Origin: Treponema sp. J25
GTDB taxonomy: Bacteria > Spirochaetota > Spirochaetia > Treponematales > Breznakiellaceae
NCBI RefSeq assembly: GCF_004343725.1
Contig: NZ_PTQW01000032.1
Span: 9,287-73,286 of the forward strand
Reading direction: 5' to 3'
DNA length: 64,000 bases
The position numbers were made by a program, and so were the translations under genes. Positions 10,358 to 20,215 of this stretch are shown here, piece by piece. Below the pieces are notes generated by a model. That model did no database searches. It saw only the letters and a program-made list of their open reading frames with translations, and had not been told where the DNA came from. Positions within the stretch are counted from its first letter, which is position 1. Every line of letters begins with the position of its first letter.

Positions 10358-11032
10358 CTAGAACTTTTCTTCCGCCCGAGGTTCCTGATATTCTAACTGA
10401 TACCCTGTTCCTCGTACAGCACGAATAGTTACCTGCCCCTGAAACAAACAAACCAATGCTATTTTTTTCCGGAGTCGGCTGATATACACATCTACAATTC
10501 TACTTTGTCTGTGGCTCTCGTCGCTTAGCTCTTTATACACATGCCCTCGAACGAGTATACGGGATGGATTATGGAGGAAATGGGTCATAATCATAACCTC
10601 AAAAGGATTAAGATACACCTTTCCTGCCGGTCCTATGAGGAAACATCGGTCTAACCATACAGGGCTATGAGAAGGCGGTTCCTTTTGAACCTTTTCTAAT
10701 TCCTTGAAAGCATAGACTAAGCGGCTATCAAATTCTTTCGCGTTAAAAGGAAAAGAAAGATGATCCAAGGCCCCTGCTTTAAAGGCCCGAGAGATATATT
10801 CTACCTTGCCAAAGGTGATAAACGGAACAGAGAGATGGACCTTCCCAAACGAACCCACCTCTTCAAATGGAACAAGAAATAGACAATCCTTTACGAAGGA
10901 GCTTTTACCTTCTGTATCTTCGGCAGGCAACCAACGACAGACCCGATAGAGACCCTTTCTCCGCCGTATCCACTCTTCTATCACCGGAGAAACACGAAAA
11001 AGGTAAAGGGTCTTTTCCGAGCCCGCGCTCAT
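10358..11032 (-). CDS. Atypical OmpR/PhoB-family regulator: C-terminal winged-helix trans_reg_C domain and an aspartate-less receiver-like N-terminus
   Basis: The C-terminus (…VYISRLRKKI…IRAVRGTGYQLEY) matches the OmpR wHTH. The N-terminal region keeps the receiver-like K…PF element (KAGALDHLSFPF) but lacks the acidic pocket and the phospho-acceptor Asp (CLFLVPFEE). Confidence 0.55.
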   Translation of the reverse strand: MSAGSEKTLYLFRVSPVIEEWIRRRKGLYRVCRWLPAEDTEGKSSFVKDCLFLVPFEEVGSFGKVHLSVPFITFGKVEYISRAFKAGALDHLSFPFNAKEFDSRLVYAFKELEKVQKEPPSHSPVWLDRCFLIGPAGKVYLNPFEVMIMTHFLHNPSRILVRGHVYKELSDESHRQSRIVDVYISRLRKKIALVCLFQGQVTIRAVRGTGYQLEYQEPRAEEKF

Positions 11033-11055
11033 TATTCGATTATTACATACCTACC

Positions 11056-11760
11056 TTATTTTTCTTGTTTGGTTCCATCCGGCAGGGCCTGCATTTTCTG
11101 CTTCAATTCTTCCAGCATCAAATCCGCCGAGGCAGAGGATTTCTCTAGTTCCGCAAAACGCTTCTCAAGGCTTGCATTTTTAGAAAGGTCCTCCAGTTCT
11201 TTTGCCGCATCGGCCTCTGCCTCTAATTGATCCACCTTTTGGGCCATTCGATCAAAGGCTTCGAAGGCACTGGTATTACCCGTCACATTGGAGATGGTCT
11301 TCTGGATCTTCTGCTGCGCCTCAGCCCGCTTAGCCCGGGCAATCAGCAGGTTCTTCTTACGCTGGGCCTCTTCTATCTTCGTCTGCAGTTCCTTAAGGGA
11401 TTCCTTCAGTTTTTCCACCGCCGCTTTTTGGGCTTCCCACTGTTTTTTATATTCGACGTAGTTATTTTCATGCTCCTGCTTTCTGAGGAGGGCTTCCTTT
11501 GCAAGATCGTCCTGCCCGGCCCGGACCGCCAGCATAGCCTTCCTCTCCCATTCCTGGGCCTGGGCTTGCTGGTTCAACATTTCCCGTTCGAGCTTTTTTT
11601 CATCCGCAATAGCCAGGGCAACCCCTTTCTTTGCTTCGATTAACTGCTCATTCATATCGATGATCAGCTGATTCAGCATTTTCTCGGGGTTCTCAGCCTT
11701 ATTGATCATATCATTTACATTTGAAGCAATGAGGGTTTTTAAGCGAGAAAAAATACCCAT
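11056..11760 (-). CDS. pspA: PspA/IM30 family protein (phage-shock protein A / Vipp1-like)
   Basis: N-terminus MGIFSRLKTLIASNVNDMINKAENPEKMLNQLIIDM is canonical for PspA/IM30, and the protein is coiled-coil rich throughout. Confidence 0.85.
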   Translation of the reverse strand: MGIFSRLKTLIASNVNDMINKAENPEKMLNQLIIDMNEQLIEAKKGVALAIADEKKLEREMLNQQAQAQEWERKAMLAVRAGQDDLAKEALLRKQEHENNYVEYKKQWEAQKAAVEKLKESLKELQTKIEEAQRKKNLLIARAKRAEAQQKIQKTISNVTGNTSAFEAFDRMAQKVDQLEAEADAAKELEDLSKNASLEKRFAELEKSSASADLMLEELKQKMQALPDGTKQEK

Positions 11761-11773
11761 GCTGATATTCCTC

Positions 11774-12172
11774 CTATTTGTGGGGTTCCCGATACTGGGA
11801 GAGTATAGGATAATGCTGGGTTAGGGCAAGGCTAATCGCTTCCAGGGACGCCCGAAATTCTTCATAATCCATGGTATCGTATTCCAGCGTATCGATAAGG
11901 ACTATATCGTCTCCTTCCAGGGCATAGGCCCCATGGACAAGGTCACTGCTATTAAGTTCCAGGAGTTTAGTAAACAAGGGAAGCCGATTTTCCTTAGGGG
12001 CCTTCATGACAAGAACCCGAATAATTACCACCGGCGGCTCCAATAACACCACCACACCGTTTAAGCTATGGGGCTCATCTTCGATGATCCATAGATTCTT
12101 TTCTACCTCCCGGTAACTTACCATCATATTGATAAGATACCGTTCGATCTTGTTTTCCTGTAGCTCTCCCAT
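11774..12172 (-). CDS. Hypothetical small protein, possibly YbjN-like
   Basis: 132 aa; the assignment rests on a weak recalled resemblance to YbjN-domain proteins. Confidence 0.35.
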   Translation of the reverse strand: MGELQENKIERYLINMMVSYREVEKNLWIIEDEPHSLNGVVVLLEPPVVIIRVLVMKAPKENRLPLFTKLLELNSSDLVHGAYALEGDDIVLIDTLEYDTMDYEEFRASLEAISLALTQHYPILSQYREPHK

Positions 12173-12217
12173 AGAGCCCCCTTACAATCTTCTTTGTATA
12201 TGCTCTTTTTCCGATAC

Positions 12218-12865
12218 CTATCCTAAGAACACCTGCCCTGCATTATCAATCGCCAGAATAGTTTTACATTCGGAGCACCGGAAGCGCCCTGCCTTTACGG
12301 CCTTTAACTTTTTAGAACATATGGGACAGGAGAAAATCTTGGGGAATACCGAACTTGATTCGGTGGGAACGGCGGAACGGAAAAAAGAAATAGCATCTTC
12401 TAGGTTTTCTTTGATGTTAAAAAACTGGGAGAACCCCAAAAGCTGGAATACTTCGTATACCTTGGGCTGAATTTCCAGCAGAACCAAATCGCCGCCCCGG
12501 GGCTTCACGGACTTTAAAAAGGCCGTAAAAGACCCAATCCCCGTGGAAGATACGTAATTGAGGCCACCACATTGAAAAATGAGCCGGATAAAGCCCGCTT
12601 CAATAGCCTTTGCTACCCGCTTTTGGAAATAGTTCGAATTGTACGTATCAATGTAACCGGTGAGATACAGGATAAGACATCCTTCCACATCATGCACCTT
12701 TTCGAGCTTAATCTTAAGGCTATCATCCTTCTCATCATCAAAACCAGGCACAATATCGTTATTTGTCATGACACTCCTTCCATTCTGGGTGTTGGAGTAT
12801 GGCTCGCGCCCCCAGACATCCCACGACCTCATTATATTATTATGTGGCTCCCTGCTTTTTGTCAA
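12218..12865 (-). CDS. STAS-domain protein (anti-sigma-factor-antagonist fold) with a C-terminal CxxC…CxxC zinc ribbon
   Basis: STAS core (…LYLTGYIDTYNS…GGLNYVSSTGIGSF…LVLLEIQPKVYEVFQLLGF) followed by CPICS…CSEC. The true start is probably an internal Met. Confidence 0.55.
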   Translation of the reverse strand: MTKSREPHNNIMRSWDVWGREPYSNTQNGRSVMTNNDIVPGFDDEKDDSLKIKLEKVHDVEGCLILYLTGYIDTYNSNYFQKRVAKAIEAGFIRLIFQCGGLNYVSSTGIGSFTAFLKSVKPRGGDLVLLEIQPKVYEVFQLLGFSQFFNIKENLEDAISFFRSAVPTESSSVFPKIFSCPICSKKLKAVKAGRFRCSECKTILAIDNAGQVFLG

Positions 12866-12904
12866 ACAGCCCGACGCTAAAACAGCCCTCTATTGTGTTT
12901 ATAA

Positions 12905-13633
12905 TTAGAGGACAATACCCCTGTCAAGACTCATTAAAATTCCATTGATAGATTCATGGGCTGTCACGTACACTACTATATCGGCAATTTCTTCAGGAAG
13001 TATAAGCTTCCCGTCCGGTGTTTTTTGAAGCGCATAGGATCGATCTTCGCCCTGCAGATGCTCTGTATCAACCATTCCCGGGCAAAAAAGGTTACACGTT
13101 ACATGATAGGGCGCTCCTAGACGGGCCACCGACCGAGCAAGGACCCCAAGGCCTGTTTTGGCAGCGCTGTAGGGGACAGTGGTAGAAAAACCACGGATCT
13201 GGGTAGTATCGGTCCCGCCAAACAGGATAATCCGTCCCCAGTTCTGGCGTTTCATCGCCGAAAAATAGTGGGAAACGAGGGCGCCGGGGATGGCAAGGTT
13301 TGCATCCACCAGATACTGCCATTCGGAAGGGGTGTATTCTTCCAGGGATTTCCGTAAAAATGGCCCCCAGGCACATACTAAAATATCTACTTCCGGGACC
13401 CATTCAATAAGAGAAGAAGTGTCCTGGACCGAAGATAGGGGTATAATCTTGCCCTGACATTTACCTTCTTGCTGACGTAAGCGGGAAATAAGATGCTGGA
13501 GCCGCTCTTCGTTGTGCCCTCCGGTGATAAAAAGCTCTACCCCTTCCCGGGCAAAGGCCTCGCAGACAGCCCTCCCTATACCGCTCGTACCGCCAATGAC
13601 AAGGGCCCGTTTATGCAGTAGTATGGAAGCCAT
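12905..13633 (-). CDS. Short-chain dehydrogenase/reductase (SDR) family oxidoreductase
   Basis: N-terminal Rossmann motif ALVIGGTSGIGRA and a length of 242 aa. Confidence 0.8.
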   Translation of the reverse strand: MASILLHKRALVIGGTSGIGRAVCEAFAREGVELFITGGHNEERLQHLISRLRQQEGKCQGKIIPLSSVQDTSSLIEWVPEVDILVCAWGPFLRKSLEEYTPSEWQYLVDANLAIPGALVSHYFSAMKRQNWGRIILFGGTDTTQIRGFSTTVPYSAAKTGLGVLARSVARLGAPYHVTCNLFCPGMVDTEHLQGEDRSYALQKTPDGKLILPEEIADIVVYVTAHESINGILMSLDRGIVL

Positions 13634-13764
13634 GGGCTACACTATACCGATAGAGTCCCTCTTGTTAAAGGGGAGCCCTCTATAAATTAAAAAACACAAA
13701 GATGGGTGGGCCGCTGTCCATCTCCAAGAAGAACCTACAACAAGAAGAACCTTACAACGAGGAC

Positions 13765-14577
13765 GTGACTATGCTATTTGATGATGTGGTGGTCATTCTC
13801 TGTAGACCAGAAGATTCGGGCAATGTGGGGGCCGTATGCCGGGCCATGAAAAACATGGGCTTTTCTTCTCTCCGTATCGTAGCGCCAGAGGCCCCTCTGG
13901 AAGAAGAAAAAATCCAGACCCGGGCAATCCATGCCTTTGATGTATACCAGGGGGCCCGCTTTTTCAACAGTCTTGTGGAGGCCATTCAGGATATTCCCTT
14001 AGTCATTGGAACCACCCGTCGCCGGGGGAAAAAACGTAAAGACATTTCAGTTACCCCGGAAGAACTAGCACTCTATTTGTACGAACAGCGGGGACCCGCC
14101 GCCCTGGTGTTCGGAAACGAACGGACTGGATTGAATCAGGAAGAAATAGCCCTCTGTACCCTCGCCTCTCATATCCCGAGCTCGGAAGTCTTCCCCTCTC
14201 TTAATCTTTCCCATGCAGTACAGGTGTACACCTATGAGCTTTTCAAAACCTGGTCGAAGTTTTTAACAGCCCCCTCTGCCAGTCAACAGTCCGAACCAAG
14301 GGCCAGCACCGTTTCCCCTTTCGATACCAGTTCTGGGTCTCAGTGGGTTCCGGTAGGTCGGCACGATATTGATGAAACCGTACAGATCATGACCGATGCC
14401 CTGGCTAGTATCGGCTTTTACAAACAGGCCGGTAGGCCAGAGCAGGAACGGTTTTTCCGGGATATCTTGAGTCGAGCAGGGGTCACCTTACAGGAAAAGC
14501 GGTATCTGGAGCAAATTTTTCGTAAGATTGGACGTCTAGAAAGCAAATTATCCTCAGCAAGACCGGGTGAATCTTAA
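13765..14577 (+). CDS. TrmH/SpoU-family (SPOUT) RNA 2'-O-methyltransferase
   Basis: SpoU motifs are present (VVVILCRPEDSGNVGAVCRAMKNMGF…LVFGNERTGL). The start was chosen at the Met preceded by a GAGGA ribosome-binding site; the ORF-track start is 13702. Confidence 0.75.
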   Translation: MTMLFDDVVVILCRPEDSGNVGAVCRAMKNMGFSSLRIVAPEAPLEEEKIQTRAIHAFDVYQGARFFNSLVEAIQDIPLVIGTTRRRGKKRKDISVTPEELALYLYEQRGPAALVFGNERTGLNQEEIALCTLASHIPSSEVFPSLNLSHAVQVYTYELFKTWSKFLTAPSASQQSEPRASTVSPFDTSSGSQWVPVGRHDIDETVQIMTDALASIGFYKQAGRPEQERFFRDILSRAGVTLQEKRYLEQIFRKIGRLESKLSSARPGES

Positions 14578-14715
14578 CGTATGGCCCTTCTTTTTTTTAG
14601 AGGGCGGACCCCACGTATCTATACCGCAAGAAATTGAGAGAGGCCTGTCCTATTAAAGGCCAAAATCCGGCGGAACCTCTTGCTAAAGAAGGATTCCCGT
14701 ACCATACTCATGCTA

Positions 14716-15200
14716 TGAAACGAATAGTCATCGCCCTCATTGCGGCTCTGATACTCGTCGAGAATAATGGGTTCTCTCAAAATCGTTCGGGGAATCTGGC
14801 AGAAAAAACCGTGTATTCCGTCGACTTTTCTAAAACCCTGGAAGATTTTGGCCGTATCACGAAAACCCTTGATGACTCCTGGGTGTCAAAAAGCACGGCG
14901 TATATCCTGGATGGGACCATTGGGTCGGTGATAGTCCGGAATGACTCGGAGACCTCTTTTCTTGCGGAAGTGGAACTGCTGGGAGGAAAGTGGAAAGACG
15001 AAGAAACGGTGGAGCTTTTCCGGGCCTATGTGCTTTTCGAAGATCCCCAATTCCGTCAATATTTTATTGCCGGATCCTCTCAACGGCTTCGAATTGGGCA
15101 GCATATTCTTGTTTTAGTAGAATACCAGGGTCTGGGAACCGATTATGATGCGGTAACTCCTATTGCGGTGCTTCGCTGTCGGATGCTTCGCCCCTTGTAA
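14716..15200 (+). CDS. Hypothetical secreted protein
   Basis: A signal-peptide-like N-terminus (MKRIVIALIAALILV) begins at an internal Met of ORF 14634-15200. Confidence 0.4.
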
Positions 15201-15278
15201 CATAACACATGGATACCGGCCCCCAGGCATTACATCCCTTACAGTATCCGGAGACGAGTCGGCATCCCTCTAATAGCT

Positions 15279-16019
15279 TTAGTAATACCGAATCTTATAA
15301 TACAAAAGGAGAATTTTGAATTTCAAATACGGGAAAATGCGAAAAAGTTTTAAAGGATTACGAAGGCAATACCCTACCCATTCAAGACCGTGATTAAAGG
15401 CCTTTCGAGAAGGTCGATGCCGTCGTTCCGCAAAAATATCAAAAAGGTCGCTACACCAAATATGAATCCCCGGTCCTAGACTTGCTTCGTTACGCACAAG
15501 CCAGTTTTCATCCCCCGGAACTCCTCGACCAACCAAGAGAAGAGTGGGAGAAGATTTTTTAATAGCCAAAAGGATGGATGCTTCTTCATTCCTTTTATAA
15601 TATCCCGCACAGCGCCCCACAATCCGCAGTCCAGGGAAGGTATGGCGAATATTCCGCTCCGCGATTTTAAGTGTCCGAGGACGGCCGCCCAAGAGATACA
15701 GCGACTTTCCCCGGCTTTCCAGGGCATGGAGGGTTTTTATAAAAAAGTCAAAGGGCATGTATCGGGGTACCGTTTTGCCATATAAGAATTTTAAGCCCCC
15801 TATAATACTTTTAGAAATGGGGATTACCATGGCAGCCTGTTGCACAAAGGTCCGGTATTCCTTGTGTTTTCGAGCCCGAAGAAGATCCCACAGGGAAAGC
15901 AATACAATGTGCTCCGCCTTACCGGACGCAGCTACCTCTAATATTCGTTCTGAAAGTTCTTCAGGGGAAAGATTGGTAATAGGAACATTACAACAATCTA
16001 ATTTTTCAACGGAAGCCAC
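15279..16019 (-). CDS. WecB/TagA/CpsF-family glycosyltransferase
   Basis: Conserved core …LLGGRPRTLKIAERNI…GLRIVGRCAGYY…LLLVGRGVP… is typical of the TagA/WecG family. Confidence 0.75.
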   Translation of the reverse strand: MASVEKLDCCNVPITNLSPEELSERILEVAASGKAEHIVLLSLWDLLRARKHKEYRTFVQQAAMVIPISKSIIGGLKFLYGKTVPRYMPFDFFIKTLHALESRGKSLYLLGGRPRTLKIAERNIRHTFPGLRIVGRCAGYYKRNEEASILLAIKKSSPTLLLVGRGVPGDENWLVRNEASLGPGIHIWCSDLFDIFAERRHRPSRKAFNHGLEWVGYCLRNPLKLFRIFPYLKFKILLLYYKIRYY

Positions 16020-16894
16020 GAATGTTTCTCCATCAGAATAACAGATACCGCCGCAAGCGCACTGATTGCAGCAGTTTCAACCCGTAGTACAGTAGCACCA
16101 ATGACCACTGGTACGCAACCGGCTTTCTTAAATTGTGCCACTTCGAAAAAAGAAAACCCCCCTTCGGGCCCAACAATAAGCATAACCTCCTCCACCCTAT
16201 CAGCCACAAGGTGATGTAGAAAAGCTACGTCTTCCGCATCTTGATGAAAGAGGAGAGCGCAGGTGTGGGGATTCTTCCCTTTTCTTTCGAGAATAATATC
16301 GCAAAGGCCTGCCACATCCGTAAGGGCTTTACAAGAGGTAGATACAAATGAACCACTCTGCTGTTGAGCTTCGATAATTATCTGCTGCCAACGACGGGAT
16401 CGGTTCTGGACGTCCTTTTCTGCGGAAAAACGAGGAATCGAATGTTCAGACGTAAAAGGGATAATTTCATCCACCCCCCATTCTGTGGCTTGCCGAATAA
16501 TGGTATCCATCTTGCTCCCCTTCGGCAGGGCCTGACAAAGCACAAGGCGCTCTGAACGGGAACGTCCCAGCCGTTTAGCGTCCGACTGCAAAGCCCGCAC
16601 CATGGCGGGTTTTAAGGACGAAATAGCCGCTGGATTTTCCGCTCCTGCCGTCATCGCCTCTTCTCCTCCTGGAGGAGCCAAAGGGCTGCCGCTCGGAGGC
16701 GATGATACCCTCGCCCACAGAGAAGTAGGGCCTAGACGTTCGATAGTACAGAGGACCTCTTCCCCGGCGGGAAGAAGGGCCCGAAACGAATCCCCTTCTT
16801 TAAAGCGCAGCACCCGTACAAGGTAACGGAAGTTCCTCCCCCCGAGTTGGATCCTTCCTTCCTGGGGGGCCTCTTCAAGTACCAGTCGCCGCAT
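15998..16894 (-). CDS. rsmE: 16S rRNA (uracil1498-N3)-methyltransferase RsmE
   Basis: PUA-like N-terminus (…YLVRVLRFKEGD…) and SPOUT C-terminus (…MLIVGPEGGFSFFEV…VIGATVLRVETA). The start was trimmed to the Met of MRRLVL so the gene does not overlap the ctp gene. Confidence 0.7.
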   Translation of the reverse strand: MRRLVLEEAPQEGRIQLGGRNFRYLVRVLRFKEGDSFRALLPAGEEVLCTIERLGPTSLWARVSSPPSGSPLAPPGGEEAMTAGAENPAAISSLKPAMVRALQSDAKRLGRSRSERLVLCQALPKGSKMDTIIRQATEWGVDEIIPFTSEHSIPRFSAEKDVQNRSRRWQQIIIEAQQQSGSFVSTSCKALTDVAGLCDIILERKGKNPHTCALLFHQDAEDVAFLHHLVADRVEEVMLIVGPEGGFSFFEVAQFKKAGCVPVVIGATVLRVETAAISALAAVSVILMEKHSWLPLKN

Positions 16895-16916
16895 ATCCTT
16901 TAAGGGTCCCTTATAG

Positions 16917-18437
16917 TCATTGCTGTGTGTTCGTTGACTTCCCTTCCGAGCCAACGGGTTCATCTTTCGCTTCCGCTTCTTCCTGGAGTTGCTTTAAGGT
17001 TTTGCTTTGTTTTATCAGTTCCGGTACGTTCTTTTCTTTCAACACCCGGACTGCGGCTTGTAATTGTATATCAAATTCCAAATCGTACACCGGGGCAATC
17101 TTGGTACGCATCTGTTCATTGTGGATAAGCCGCCGCACCAATTGAAAATCCAGATTGTAGGTTGTGGCCACCTGGCGGGCAAATTCCTCGATCCTCTGGG
17201 GACTGGCATTCCCTTCATTTTTTACAAAATTGGGAATCCTGTTATCCTGGTACAGCTTGTTGAGCGATTCAAGCTGAACTTCGGTCAGCTCCGGTTCTTT
17301 CACCTCCATGTCCGGGGGGATACCCTTTTTATCAATATTTACATCGCTGGGGGTATAGTATCGGGCAGTGGTAAGTTTAAAGCCCGCCGTATCAATGGGG
17401 AACACCTGCTGGACGGAACCCTTCCCGTAGGAACGCTCTCCAATAAGATAGGCCCGTCCCCGATCCTTCAGAGCCCCTGCCACAATTTCCGAAGCCGAGG
17501 CAGATGCCCGATTAATTAATACCACCACAGGAATAGAAGGCGGTACTAACGGATTCCGACGGGCCGTATACACCACACTTTCTCCGGGCAAACGGGATTT
17601 GGTAGAAACCACCACTCCCCCATCCAGGAAGAAATCGGCTACCCCAATAGCAGCATTGAGAAGACCACCATAATTATTGCGGAGATCCACAATACAGGCC
17701 TGGTAGTTCTTCTTTTTAAAATCTTCTATTGCTTCTCGGGTTCGTTCTACCGTCATAGGGGTAAACGTAAGGATCTTTAAATACCCAATAGAATCGCCAA
17801 TCATGGCATGTTTTACGGTGGGAACCTCTATGACTGCCCGTTTCAGGGTCAGGGGGAATTCCATCTTTTCTCCCCGCCGGATTCGAATGGTCACTTCTGT
17901 ACCCGGTTCTCCCCGCAGGCGGGAGAGCACCTCATCCATGGTAAGCTTATCGGTGGATTCACCATTGATTTCCAGAATGAGGTCCCCAGGCATAATACCA
18001 GCCCGCCACCCCGGAGTGTCTTCGATAGGGGCAGCTACTTCCACGTAGGGAAGCTTCCCTTCCGGAAGCTTGCCCGAAGGCTTAGAGATATAAAGACCTA
18101 CTCCCCCAAAGGATCCCTGGGTGGTATCATTTAGATCGGTCATATCCGATTCAGTAAGATACGTAGAATAGGGGTCCTCCAGGGCTTCAAACATCCCTTT
18201 CATGGCCCCTTCGTAGAGGACCCGGGGGTCTACCTGATCGACATAGTGATTCAAAATAAAGTTGTACACGTTCTGAAGAATGGCAGAATAGTTCTGCTGA
18301 CTTTTTTGAGTATTCTGTCCCACCACCTGGGAAACAATAACGAGGGAAAAGAAAAGTCCTATACACAGGGTCGTTCCCAGCCAGGTTCTTCGCACAATAC
18401 GAGAGCGTTTATCGCTCGATGCTTGTTCGTAGTTCAT
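16917..18437 (-). CDS. Carboxyl-terminal processing protease (S41 family, PDZ-containing)
   Basis: PDZ domain (GIMPGDLILEINGE) and S41 catalytic region (…NRASASASEIVAGALKD…GERSYGKGSVQ), with an N-terminal signal/TM segment. Confidence 0.85.
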   Translation of the reverse strand: MNYEQASSDKRSRIVRRTWLGTTLCIGLFFSLVIVSQVVGQNTQKSQQNYSAILQNVYNFILNHYVDQVDPRVLYEGAMKGMFEALEDPYSTYLTESDMTDLNDTTQGSFGGVGLYISKPSGKLPEGKLPYVEVAAPIEDTPGWRAGIMPGDLILEINGESTDKLTMDEVLSRLRGEPGTEVTIRIRRGEKMEFPLTLKRAVIEVPTVKHAMIGDSIGYLKILTFTPMTVERTREAIEDFKKKNYQACIVDLRNNYGGLLNAAIGVADFFLDGGVVVSTKSRLPGESVVYTARRNPLVPPSIPVVVLINRASASASEIVAGALKDRGRAYLIGERSYGKGSVQQVFPIDTAGFKLTTARYYTPSDVNIDKKGIPPDMEVKEPELTEVQLESLNKLYQDNRIPNFVKNEGNASPQRIEEFARQVATTYNLDFQLVRRLIHNEQMRTKIAPVYDLEFDIQLQAAVRVLKEKNVPELIKQSKTLKQLQEEAEAKDEPVGSEGKSTNTQQ

Positions 18438-18575
18438 GGTTACATTCTAGAGATGAATAGCCCTTTGTCAATGAGATAAATCCAGAAAAGGGACTTCCGC
18501 CACCACTTCGCCATATGCCCTCCAACCTGCAATAGGGCCCTTGACCCAAAGGGATGAGAACCGTAGATTTTTATC

Positions 18576-19061
18576 ATGAAAAAGCGTGCGTTGTGGCTTC
18601 TCCTGCTGGTTGGATATGAAGCTATCCGGTTATTGGTGTTAGTTGGCTGCATCCTGGGGGCACAGGAAAATCCCGGTGGAACGGTTCTTAGCGCAAGCGG
18701 CAAAGTGGGGTTCCTTCTCTTGTTAATTCCACAGGCGTTGTTTGTGTATATGCCCCTCATGGTGTATAGTGATAAAAACACCTATATTCAGTATCTTCCC
18801 CTCTATGGGGTAGGTAAACTTTTATCGCTCTGGATCGGAGGGGTAGCTTTGTTCTTCTTCTGGAAACCTTTTATAACCCAGTTGATAAGTTACTCGGTGG
18901 ATGTTCTCGGCATCCTTTTTATAGGATGGGGGGCCTTTCTCCCTTTCGAAGGGCTCGCTGCATTCGGAGCCTATCGGTGGTATAAGAACTATCAACGCTC
19001 TCAGGGAAATATGGTGTACCTAGAAGATAAACAAGCGCTCTCGCAAGAAGGGGGAACATAG
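18576..19061 (+). CDS. Hypothetical small membrane protein
   Basis: 161 aa with four hydrophobic segments; it lies immediately upstream of the MinD-like gene. Confidence 0.4.
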   Translation: MKKRALWLLLLVGYEAIRLLVLVGCILGAQENPGGTVLSASGKVGFLLLLIPQALFVYMPLMVYSDKNTYIQYLPLYGVGKLLSLWIGGVALFFFWKPFITQLISYSVDVLGILFIGWGAFLPFEGLAAFGAYRWYKNYQRSQGNMVYLEDKQALSQEGGT

Positions 19062-19065
19062 AGAT

Positions 19066-20205
19066 ATGCGGATACTACCGATTGCCAGTGGGAAAGGAGG
19101 AGTAGGCAAGTCCCTGATTGCAGCAAACCTCTCAGTGGCCTTTGCGCAGGCGGGGAAACGGGTAATCCTGGCAGACCTCGATCTGGGGGCATCTAATCTT
19201 CACCTGATTATTGGATGTCGCTCTCCTCAAACTGGAATCGGCACCTTCCTCAGCGACACCCGCTCCGATTTCTCCCGGGTCATCATGGATACGGACATTC
19301 CCAATCTGCGCTTTATTCCTGGCGACGCGGAAATTCCGGGAAGCGCCAACCTTAAGCAGAATCAGATTACCGCCCTGGCAAAGCGCCTGTTAAGTGTAGA
19401 TGCGGATATCCTGGTGATTGACCTGGGAGCGGGGAGTCATCAATCGATCCTCGACTTTTTTCTCCTCTCAGGCCGGGGTATTGTAGTAAGCACCCCCACG
19501 GTGACTGCCACACTGAATGCATATCTTTTCCTTAAAAATACGGTCTTTCGGCTTATGTATTCCTCATTCAGTCGAGGTTCACCGGCCCATATCTACCTGG
19601 AGGGTCTCCGTAAAGAAGGGACGGCCCTGCAAAAGCTTTACATCCCCAAACTTCTGGAACACATAAGCCGGATCGATCCCGAATCGCACGGGAAATTTCT
19701 TAAGCGGATGCAGTATTTTCATCCCCGGCTCATTCTCAACATGCTCGATGAGCCCAAACAGGCAGAGGTGGCCCTTAAAATTCGCCGTTCCTGTTCAGAA
19801 TATCTGGGGCTCGATCTCGAACACCTGGGGGTGATATACCGGGATTCGCTCCAGGACATTGCCCTGGCTTCGCATCTACCGATTCTATTGTATAAAAACG
19901 AAGCTATCCTCTCCCAGGCTATCTATCGCATCGCCGATAAAATCCTTCAGAGCGAAGAAGATGAGGTATTTCTGGAAGGCCGGAGCATTGAAGAAAGTTT
20001 TCAGGAAGCGGAACTGGAAGCGGAGGTGGATTTTGAAGCCCGCATGGGCTATGTGGAAGACCTCCTCCATTGCGGAGCCTTGAGTATGGGAGACCTGGTA
20101 GAAACGGTGAAAAGCCAGCAATTAGAAATCAACCAGCTACGAAAAGAAAACTTGTTTCTAAAATCCAAGTTAACCAAAGCCATAACCCAGGGATTCAAGA
20201 TTTAG
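19066..20205 (+). CDS. MinD/ParA/FlhG-family P-loop ATPase with a coiled-coil C-terminal extension
   Basis: Deviant Walker A motif SGKGGVGKS and 379 aa length. Confidence 0.8.
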   Translation: MRILPIASGKGGVGKSLIAANLSVAFAQAGKRVILADLDLGASNLHLIIGCRSPQTGIGTFLSDTRSDFSRVIMDTDIPNLRFIPGDAEIPGSANLKQNQITALAKRLLSVDADILVIDLGAGSHQSILDFFLLSGRGIVVSTPTVTATLNAYLFLKNTVFRLMYSSFSRGSPAHIYLEGLRKEGTALQKLYIPKLLEHISRIDPESHGKFLKRMQYFHPRLILNMLDEPKQAEVALKIRRSCSEYLGLDLEHLGVIYRDSLQDIALASHLPILLYKNEAILSQAIYRIADKILQSEEDEVFLEGRSIEESFQEAELEAEVDFEARMGYVEDLLHCGALSMGDLVETVKSQQLEINQLRKENLFLKSKLTKAITQGFKI

Positions 20206-20215
20206 AAGGTGCACT

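Noticed and set aside
18440-18781. 113-aa minus-strand ORF between ctp and the MinD-like gene
   Set aside because: It overlaps the plus-strand membrane-protein ORF 18576-19061 and the ctp promoter region, has no motifs, and is likely spurious.
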